From: Vicinamibacteria bacterium
Lineage (GTDB): Bacteria; Acidobacteriota; Vicinamibacteria; Marinacidobacterales; Marinacidobacteraceae
Direction of reading: 5' to 3'
Assembly (NCBI GenBank): GCA_963555995.3
Contig: OY821641.1
Location: 3,264,001-3,328,000, forward strand
Length of the DNA stretch: 64,000 bases
Shown one piece after another: positions 31,982 through 39,395 of this stretch. The notes below the pieces were generated by a model. That model made no database searches. It was not told the DNA's origin and was given only the letters and a program-made list of their open reading frames with translations. Position numbers and translations under genes: made by a program. Position 1 is the stretch's first letter. Every line of letters begins with the position of its first letter.

Positions 31982-32921
31982 CTCCTACTCCAACCGCCAC
32001 ATGGCGCAGCAACTCGGGGGAATCGCTGACCGAGCTGAAATCCACGCCTTGCGTTACGGCTCGGCCATTGTAGATGATGGCTTGGTCAGCGAGAGACTCG
32101 CAGCGGCGGACGACGACCTACGGCCTGAACTCAGTAAGCTTGAGCCGTGGCACGAAATCGATCTGACGTTAGATGGAGGAGCCGGCGGTGCCCGTGACAG
32201 TGTCAATCGGCGTTCCGAGCTTCTTGGAAGGCGATACCCTTTTGTCTTGCCGTCGCTACAGTACAAACCTAGCGACTCACTTGTGTACGAATTCTGTTTG
32301 GCCGTCTGCAATGCCCCCAATCTCACCAAAGGGAAGTACAAACATCTTCCGAGGGTTTTCGAGCGTCTCTCCTGCGTTCTGGCCAAAGCCTACATCGGCC
32401 TCGGTGCCGGTTCACACCACCTGGGCTGGCCTCGTGACAACAACAAACGGACGGGGACGTTTCAAGACGCCATCGCACCGGTCAACCAGGAGACTCAGGA
32501 ATGGTTCTGGGCGCCGGAGCCTGAGCTTCCGCAGAGTCCGACCGTCAAGGAGGTTAAGGATGACGGACTAGACCTACTCGCGTGGAAGGCGATCGACGAA
32601 CGTGTTGGCAGTCTCTTTTTCCTTGGTCACTGCGCGTGCGGTCAAAACTGGCAGACGAAATTCCACGATGCGGACCCACGCAAGCTGTCGAAGTGGTTCA
32701 ATCCCATGACGCTTGTCAGCCCCCCTGTAAGGCTCTTCTTTACTCCTTACCACGTAGCCGATGCTGTGATTCGCGAAGCGAGTAGGACCGCCGGTGTCGT
32801 TCTTGACCGAATTCGCCTGACGCTACTTGCGGAGCAGTCAACCGAACTGCGTAAGCACAAGGCCCTGCGTCGTCGCCTCCGAGAACTCGTTGATTTGGTG
32901 ACCGACGGGAGGACTGGATGA
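31974..32921 (+). CDS. Hypothetical protein, putative PD-(D/E)xK-like nuclease
   Basis: 8-nt overlap with the upstream gene; RVFE...KDDGLDLLAWK...FLGHCACGQNWQTK...VLDRIRL pattern resembles Mrr-like restriction folds. Confidence 0.6.
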   Translation: MDNSYSNRHMAQQLGGIADRAEIHALRYGSAIVDDGLVSERLAAADDDLRPELSKLEPWHEIDLTLDGGAGGARDSVNRRSELLGRRYPFVLPSLQYKPSDSLVYEFCLAVCNAPNLTKGKYKHLPRVFERLSCVLAKAYIGLGAGSHHLGWPRDNNKRTGTFQDAIAPVNQETQEWFWAPEPELPQSPTVKEVKDDGLDLLAWKAIDERVGSLFFLGHCACGQNWQTKFHDADPRKLSKWFNPMTLVSPPVRLFFTPYHVADAVIREASRTAGVVLDRIRLTLLAEQSTELRKHKALRRRLRELVDLVTDGRTG

Positions 32922-33155
32922 CCACATCCAATACCCGTATCTGCGGCATCGTATGGAACTGGAGATAGTCTTCAAGCCCCGGCTGCGATCAGCCGCGCAT
33001 GGTCATCCAGGCGGAACGCCAGATTTGCCGACGGCATCTAGGCCGACGAATCTGAGACCGCGCCGCCACCGTTAGTTGGTTGACCGTGACAATCGGTCGT
33101 TGATTAGCCTTGGGGGCGTGGCCATGAGACGGGGTCGGGTAGCGTGCCCTCCGGC

Positions 33156-34646
33156 ATGAGCACTCGTGACCTGAAGGCGGAACTCTGGAACTGCGCCCAG
33201 GTCCTCCGTGGCAGCGCCGTGGCCCGCACGGACTGGAAGGCGTACATCCTGCCGCTCCTGTTCTTCAAGCGCATCAGCGACGTGTGGGACGAGGAAACCA
33301 CCGCCGCCATCGCGGCCTACGGCGAAGCGGACGCCGCCGCCTTCCCCGAGGAACACCGCTTCGTGGTGCCGGAGGGCTGCCACTGGCAGGATGTCCGCCA
33401 GACGCCAAAGGGAGTGGGCGCGGCGCTCGCGCGCGCCATGCGGGAGATCGAGCGGGCCAATCCCGACACCCTCTCCCGGGTGTTCGGCGCTGCCGACTGG
33501 GGGAACCGCGCGGTTCTCGGAGACGCGATCCTCAAGGACCTCGTGGAGGGGCTGTCGGCCGTGCCGCTCGGCAACTCGGCAGTCGGATCGGATGTGCTCG
33601 GCGACGCCTACGAGTACCTGATCGGCAAGTTCGCCGATGTCACCCGCCGGAAGAAAGCCGGCGAGTTCTACACGCCGCGCAGCGTGGTGCGGATGCTGGT
33701 GGAACTGCTGGACCCCGGCCCGGGGGAGACGATCTACGACCCGGCCTGCGGCACCGGCGGGATGTTGCTGGGGGCGATCGAACACGTGGAGCGGGCGGGA
33801 GGCGACCCCCGCACGTTCTTCGGCCGGATCTTCGGGCAGGAGAAGAACCTGACCACCTCGTCCATCGCGCGCATGAACCTGATGCTCCACGGGGTCGAGG
33901 ACTTCCGCATCGAGCAGGCGGACACCCTGCGCCGGCCGGCCTTCACCGACGCGGTCGGCGGCGTCACCGCTTTCGATTGCGTCATCGCGAACCCGCCGTT
34001 CTCCCTCCAGGATTGGGGACGCGAGGTCTGGGAGGCGGACCCCTGGGGACGGGCCGGCTTCGGCCTGCCGCCGACGAAGAGCGGGGACTACGCCTGGGTT
34101 TCGCACATGGTCGCCTCCATGAAGGAACCCGACGGGCGCATGGCGGTCGTGCTGCCGCAAGGGGCGCTCTTCCGCCGCGGGGCGGAGGGACGAATCCGGC
34201 AGGCCCTGCTGGAGCGCGATCTGGTGGAGGCGGTGATCGGACTGGCGCCCAACGTGTTCTACGGCACCGGTCTCGCCCCGGCGGTGGTGACACTCCGCCG
34301 GCGGAAGACCCGCGGACGCCGCCGGAAGGTGCTGCTGGTGGATGCTTCCCGGCTCTTCCGCAAGGGCCGGGCGCAGAGTTTCCTCGACCCGGAGCACGCC
34401 TCCCGTATCGTCGGCTGGGTTCGCGGATTTCGGGACGTGACCGATTGCGCGAAAGTCGTTCGGCTGGACGAGATCGAGAGCAAGGATTGGACGCTCAACA
34501 TCTCCCGTTATGTGGCGCCTCCGCTCGGCGAAGAGCCCCCGCCCCTGCCCCAGGCGGTGGCCGCCTTCAAGGAAGCGGTGGGGGAGGCGAAGGCCGCCGA
34601 GGACCGACTGCGGACGGTTCTCACCCGGGACGGCTGGCTCGACTGA
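33156..34646 (+). CDS. hsdM: Type I R-M methyltransferase M1 (NPPF)
   Basis: PLLFFKRISD, GEFYTP, YDPACGTGGML, ANPPF. Confidence 0.95.
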   Translation: MSTRDLKAELWNCAQVLRGSAVARTDWKAYILPLLFFKRISDVWDEETTAAIAAYGEADAAAFPEEHRFVVPEGCHWQDVRQTPKGVGAALARAMREIERANPDTLSRVFGAADWGNRAVLGDAILKDLVEGLSAVPLGNSAVGSDVLGDAYEYLIGKFADVTRRKKAGEFYTPRSVVRMLVELLDPGPGETIYDPACGTGGMLLGAIEHVERAGGDPRTFFGRIFGQEKNLTTSSIARMNLMLHGVEDFRIEQADTLRRPAFTDAVGGVTAFDCVIANPPFSLQDWGREVWEADPWGRAGFGLPPTKSGDYAWVSHMVASMKEPDGRMAVVLPQGALFRRGAEGRIRQALLERDLVEAVIGLAPNVFYGTGLAPAVVTLRRRKTRGRRRKVLLVDASRLFRKGRAQSFLDPEHASRIVGWVRGFRDVTDCAKVVRLDEIESKDWTLNISRYVAPPLGEEPPPLPQAVAAFKEAVGEAKAAEDRLRTVLTRDGWLD

Positions 34647-34726
34647 GAGCCCCCGACGGGACGACCGCTCGGGGCGGCCAACACCCGGAACCCGATGCTA
34701 CGATCCGGCGCGCTTTGGAGAGCCGA

Positions 34727-36295
34727 GTGACGCGGGCGGCCCGGAGTTCCCGGTCGCGGAGAAGCAAACCCGGACCGGTCGGCGGGACGGCGAAGCGGCT
34801 CGGTCAGAGGGAACTGGCGGCGCACCTCTGGGGCGCGGCCACACTGCTTCGGGGGTTGGTGGACGCCGCCGACTACAAGCAATACGTCTTCCCGCTCCTC
34901 TTCTTCAAGCGGCTCTCGGACGTATGGGACGAGGAGCACGCGGCAGCGCTCCGGGAGACCGGCGACCATGGCTATGCCCGGGACATCGCCAATGACCGTT
35001 TCGCCATCCCGGACCGCGCGCACTGGTCGGACGTCCGCGCCGCGTCCCGCGATGTCGGGCTGGCCCTTCGGCGAGCGTTCCGGGAGATCGAGAAGGCGAA
35101 CCCGGACCGGCTCTCCGGAGTCTTCGGCGCGGCGCCGTGGACCGACAAGGCGCTGCTTCCGGACGCAACCCTGAAGAACCTGATCGAGCACTTCTCCCGG
35201 CATCGCCTCGACCTGACGGGGGCGCCCGAGGACGAGCTGGGCAATGCCTACGAGTACCTCATCGGCCAGTTCGCCGACGACAGCGGCCACACCGCGCAGG
35301 AGTTCTATACGAACCGGACCCTCGTCCACCTGATGACCCGGATGCTGGCTCCGAAGCCCCGGGAGCGGATCTACGACCCGACCGCGGGCACCGGCGGAAT
35401 GCTGATCTCGGCGCTCGCGGAAGTGAAACGCCGGGGTGGGGAGGCGCGGACGCTCGGCCTCTGCGGGCAGGAACTCATCGGCTCGACGGCGGCCATTGCC
35501 CGCATGAACCTCGTGCTGCACGGGGTCGAGGACTTCCGCATCGAGGTGGGCAACGCGCTGAGCGCCCCGGCCTTCGCCGAGGGCGGTCGCCTGATGACCT
35601 TCGACATCGTGTTGGCCAACCCCCCGTACTCGATCAGGAACTGGGACCGGGATGCGTGGCGGAGTGACCCGTGGGGCCGCAATTTCCTCGGCGTTCCGCC
35701 GCAGGGCCGGGCCGACTACGCCTTCTTCCAGCACATCCTGAAGAGCCTCAACCCGAAGACCGGGCGTTGCGCCATCCTGTTCCCGCACGGGATCCTGTTC
35801 CGCAAGGAGGAAGCCCAGATGCGACGGGCGCTGGTGGAGAGCGACCTTCTCGAATGCGTACTGGGGCTCGGGCCGAACCTCTTCTACAACTCGCCGATGG
35901 AAGCGTGCGTCGTCGTCTGTCGCACACGGAAGCCGCCCGCCCGACGCGGCAAGGTGCTGTTCATCAACGCAGTGCGCGAGGTAGCGCGCGAGGGCGGCCA
36001 GAGTTTCCTGCAGCCGCCGCACCAGCGCCGGATTCTGAAGGCGTACCGCGCGTTTGCGGCGGAGCCGGGCTTCGCCGCCGTCGTGACGGCAGCGGAGATT
36101 CTGGAAAGCGGAGGAACCCTGTCCATCGCCCGCCATGTCGGCCAGCCCGCCCCTCTGGCGGGAGAATTGGGCCAACGGGACCTCAAGACGGCCTGGACCG
36201 AGTTCGAGGCGGGGGGTACGAAATTCTGGCGACGGATGGACGCCGCTGTCCGATCGCTCGAACCGATGGCAGCAGAGCCGCATGATGCGGCGTAG
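34727..36295 (+). CDS. hsdM: Type I R-M methyltransferase M2 (NPPY)
   Basis: PLLFFKRLSD, QEFYTNR, YDPTAGTGGML, ANPPY. Confidence 0.93.
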   Translation: MTRAARSSRSRRSKPGPVGGTAKRLGQRELAAHLWGAATLLRGLVDAADYKQYVFPLLFFKRLSDVWDEEHAAALRETGDHGYARDIANDRFAIPDRAHWSDVRAASRDVGLALRRAFREIEKANPDRLSGVFGAAPWTDKALLPDATLKNLIEHFSRHRLDLTGAPEDELGNAYEYLIGQFADDSGHTAQEFYTNRTLVHLMTRMLAPKPRERIYDPTAGTGGMLISALAEVKRRGGEARTLGLCGQELIGSTAAIARMNLVLHGVEDFRIEVGNALSAPAFAEGGRLMTFDIVLANPPYSIRNWDRDAWRSDPWGRNFLGVPPQGRADYAFFQHILKSLNPKTGRCAILFPHGILFRKEEAQMRRALVESDLLECVLGLGPNLFYNSPMEACVVVCRTRKPPARRGKVLFINAVREVAREGGQSFLQPPHQRRILKAYRAFAAEPGFAAVVTAAEILESGGTLSIARHVGQPAPLAGELGQRDLKTAWTEFEAGGTKFWRRMDAAVRSLEPMAAEPHDAA

Positions 36296-37454
36296 ACGGC
36301 GGAACCCCGTTGCGTTCGGGGAAATTGCGGACAATGTGACCGAGCGCGTGGACCGTCCCGCCGAATCGGGCGTTGACCGGTATGTGGGTCTCGAACATCT
36401 GGAACCGGGCTCGCTGAAGATCCAGCGATGGGGATCTCCCACCGATGTTTTCGGGACGAAGTTGCGGTTTCGCGAGGGCGACATCGTGTTCGGACGCCGC
36501 CGGGCCTATCAGCGGAAGCTGGCGGTCGCACATTTCGACGGCATCTGCTCGGCTCATGCACTGGTCCTGCGCGCTCGGCCGCGAGTGGTTCTGCCCGAAT
36601 TCCTGCCGTTCTTCATGCAGAGCGACGGATTCATGGAACGGGCGCAACGAATCTCCGTCGGCTCCCTGTCTCCGACCATCAACTGGAAGACGCTGGAACA
36701 GGAGGAGTTCGTCTTGCCCCCGCGCTCCGAGCAGCGCCGTATCGCGTCTGCCCTGAACGGGTTAGCGACAGCCGCGGATTCGGTGAAGAAACTGGAAGCT
36801 GCTGCGGATGCCCTGCTCTTCTCGATCTATCGGGTCGTGTTCGAGGCTCCGGAGAACCCGACCCGGCCACTACGAGAAATCGCGGAAGTGCGCATGGGAC
36901 GGCAGCGCTCCCCACGGCACGCCCACGGCGACCACATGGTGCCTTACGTCAGGGCCGCGAACATCAAGCAGGACACTCTCGATCTGTCCAGCGTCTTGAA
37001 GATGAACTTCGATCCGGGTGAGCAAAAGAGGTACGGACTCCGAGCCGGGGATATCCTGGTCACGGAAGGGTGCGGCAGCCTCGCTGGAATCGGCGCGAAC
37101 GCCGTGTGGAACGATGAGCTGACCGGAAAGGTGTGCTTTCAGAATCACGTGATCCGGCTCCGAGCAATGGAGAATCTGGTTTCGCAGCGCCTTTTGCGGC
37201 ATTGGGCGCGATACGCCTATCTGTCGGGGAAATTCGCCAAGACAGCCCAAGGTACAACGATCCTCTCCATCGGCCAGAAGCGCTGCGAGCAGATGACGGT
37301 CCGGTTGCCCCCTACGGGAATACCGAGGAAGTCAGCCGAACGGCGAATGAACGAGGTCGAAGAGGCCAAGCGTCGCGCCGAGACGAGGGCGGAGTCGTTG
37401 CAACGGATGCGTGCGGCGCTGCTCGAACAAGAAATCGGAAGCGCGACCGCGTAG
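36282..37454 (+). CDS. hsdS: Type I R-M specificity subunit
   Basis: Two TRDs; GDIVFGRRRAY, LPPRSEQRRIA, GDILV. Confidence 0.92.
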   Translation: MMRRRRRNPVAFGEIADNVTERVDRPAESGVDRYVGLEHLEPGSLKIQRWGSPTDVFGTKLRFREGDIVFGRRRAYQRKLAVAHFDGICSAHALVLRARPRVVLPEFLPFFMQSDGFMERAQRISVGSLSPTINWKTLEQEEFVLPPRSEQRRIASALNGLATAADSVKKLEAAADALLFSIYRVVFEAPENPTRPLREIAEVRMGRQRSPRHAHGDHMVPYVRAANIKQDTLDLSSVLKMNFDPGEQKRYGLRAGDILVTEGCGSLAGIGANAVWNDELTGKVCFQNHVIRLRAMENLVSQRLLRHWARYAYLSGKFAKTAQGTTILSIGQKRCEQMTVRLPPTGIPRKSAERRMNEVEEAKRRAETRAESLQRMRAALLEQEIGSATA

Positions 37455-37493
37455 CAATCCGCTGCTCGCGGCCTCGCCATTCGGGTACGCACA

Positions 37494-38687
37494 GTGACCG
37501 ACGCCAAGCCGCCAACTGCCGACACACCAACACCGGATCCGGGTTACGCCATCTTGCGAGCCCGCTTGAGCGACAGGGATCCGAACAGCGAAGACGTGCA
37601 GCCACGCGATTTGGCGAAGCACCTCAAGGAGCGATTCTGGATCGAGCGGTGGCTTGCGCTGGGCCGATGGAAGAACTCCGAGTTGATCGGGGCTCGAGGA
37701 CACACGGAATTGCGTCTCGCCGACTTGGGCAGACGACTCGACGAGCCGGGGGACGCATTCTTCGATTTTGTCCAGACCTGCCGGAAGGGCGTGGTGAGCG
37801 TTCGAACCTGGGTCGAAGTGACGGAGGCGGTGGGGCCGGACGACGCCCGACGCATCACCCAGGAGTTGCGAGCCCTTGGGCAACGGCCACGGGGATCAAG
37901 AGAAGAAGCACGGTCGCTCTGCGACTTGAAGGACCCGCACGTTCCGGACCGACTGGCACAGGCCCGCATGGCGGATCGCGTAGTCGAAGCCGTAGTCAAG
38001 AAGGCCCGGAAGGGACGTGACGGCGGCTCGTACGAGGCGCTTGTTCGCGACTATGGCCGTGGTGCGCTGGTCGTAGGCGTGCCGTTGTGGTTTCCAGTGC
38101 TGGCGTCAGACGCTACCGACCCGCGCAGGTTCGAGACCGATTTCAGTCCCCGGCTCGGTATTGGGCTGAGAGCGATACGTCGCACAGTTCTGAGTACCCG
38201 TTGGTGTCCATTCGATTCGGTGGTCGTTCTCTGGTGTCCGACACGGGTTGCGATACGCGAGTGGGCCGATACCGCCGCGGATCCCGAATCGTTCCTTCCG
38301 AGAACCTACGAGTGGCTGGAGGACTTGGGGCTGACCGAGACCACGTCCGCCATGAACCTTCACTGGCGTTGGCACCGCTACCCGTCGCTCGACGCGGCGG
38401 TCGCGGCCCAGCAGAATCGCGTGCGCTGGCCGGGATTGCCCCGACCGTTCGGAACCAAGGCGCAATTCAAGATCTGCACCTCCGGGTCTGCCCGATGGAA
38501 AGACGGCTGGTACCGGCTGCTTGGCGTTGCTGTGCTGTTCACCGCGTTCCTGCGGATGGGCGGCGGGCGCGACCTCCGGCGCTGGGTCCAGGCGCTCACG
38601 CGGCCAGCGTGGCACTGGAAACGCTGGAGAATCCGCCGACGAGTCATGCGCTCCTACCGGGAGTCGGTCCGCAGCATCGAGGACTGA
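37494..38687 (+). CDS. Hypothetical protein inside the type I R-M operon
   Basis: 397-aa ORF co-oriented between hsdS and hsdR; Trp-rich; one C-terminal hydrophobic segment. Confidence 0.6.
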   Translation: MTDAKPPTADTPTPDPGYAILRARLSDRDPNSEDVQPRDLAKHLKERFWIERWLALGRWKNSELIGARGHTELRLADLGRRLDEPGDAFFDFVQTCRKGVVSVRTWVEVTEAVGPDDARRITQELRALGQRPRGSREEARSLCDLKDPHVPDRLAQARMADRVVEAVVKKARKGRDGGSYEALVRDYGRGALVVGVPLWFPVLASDATDPRRFETDFSPRLGIGLRAIRRTVLSTRWCPFDSVVVLWCPTRVAIREWADTAADPESFLPRTYEWLEDLGLTETTSAMNLHWRWHRYPSLDAAVAAQQNRVRWPGLPRPFGTKAQFKICTSGSARWKDGWYRLLGVAVLFTAFLRMGGGRDLRRWVQALTRPAWHWKRWRIRRRVMRSYRESVRSIED

Positions 38688-38823
38688 TCGGCTCGAACGA
38701 CCAGACGCCTGTAGAGAGTCCCCGGATGGGGTGTGCGACCCAGCGGTAAACCGATCCGGGGGCCGCGCGAGTGACGGCGGTCCCTGCGGCGCCTCCGTCG
38801 GGCGAGTCGTCTATCATGGCCGC

Positions 38824-39051
38824 ATGCAGTCCGAATGGGACTCGGTCGTCCAGAGCGATCCCGAGATCTCGGGGGGAACGCCCGTCTTTCGCGGCACCAG
38901 AGTGCCGGTTCGGAGCCTGTTCGACTACCTGGAGGGCGGCGAGACACTCGACTGGTTCCTCGATCAGTTCCCCTCCGTTTCCCGCGCCCAAGCGCTCGCT
39001 GCGCTCGAAGTGGCCCGGGATTCCGTCCTGATCCGTGCGCGTTCTGCTTGA
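38824..39051 (+). CDS. DUF433 antitoxin (VapB45-like)
   Basis: DPEISGGTPVFRGTRVPV...FLDQFPSV. Confidence 0.9.
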   Translation: MQSEWDSVVQSDPEISGGTPVFRGTRVPVRSLFDYLEGGETLDWFLDQFPSVSRAQALAALEVARDSVLIRARSA

Positions 39052-39370
39052 CGAGAATCTGCCTCGCGGCCTCGCCAGCGAACTGACCGGACACGAGGTC
39101 ACTACGGTCCAGGCCGCCGGTTGGGCGGGGACGAAGAACGGCGAACTGCTCCGGCGCGCTGACACCCGTTTCGATGTCCTGATGACCATGGATCGCAACC
39201 TTCGATACCAGCAGAACCTGAGCGCGCTGCGATTGAGCATCCTGATCGTCCGTGCTCGTTCGAACCGCATGGTGCACCTGAGGCCACTCGTGGGCCGCAT
39301 CCTGGGGGCATTGGAGGAGCTGCGGCCCGGGCAGTACCGCGAGATCGGGACACCATCCGGCGCGGACTGA
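39035..39370 (+). CDS. DUF5615 PIN-like toxin (VapC45-like)
   Basis: MRVLLDENLP, GWAGTKNGELL, TMDRNLRYQQN. Confidence 0.9.
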   Translation: MRVLLDENLPRGLASELTGHEVTTVQAAGWAGTKNGELLRRADTRFDVLMTMDRNLRYQQNLSALRLSILIVRARSNRMVHLRPLVGRILGALEELRPGQYREIGTPSGAD

Positions 39371-39395
39371 AGGAGCGGCGCATCCGCGACCGCGC

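Noticed and set aside
32918-33140. Fourth gene of the MTase-ParB module (ATG overlaps the stop at 32918)
   Set aside because: The frame closes after 16 codons; at most an unidentifiable remnant.
33284-34726. 1003-aa HsdM with a long N-terminal extension
   Set aside because: The extension is an alternative frame overlapping hsdM1; the real start is probably GTG 34727.
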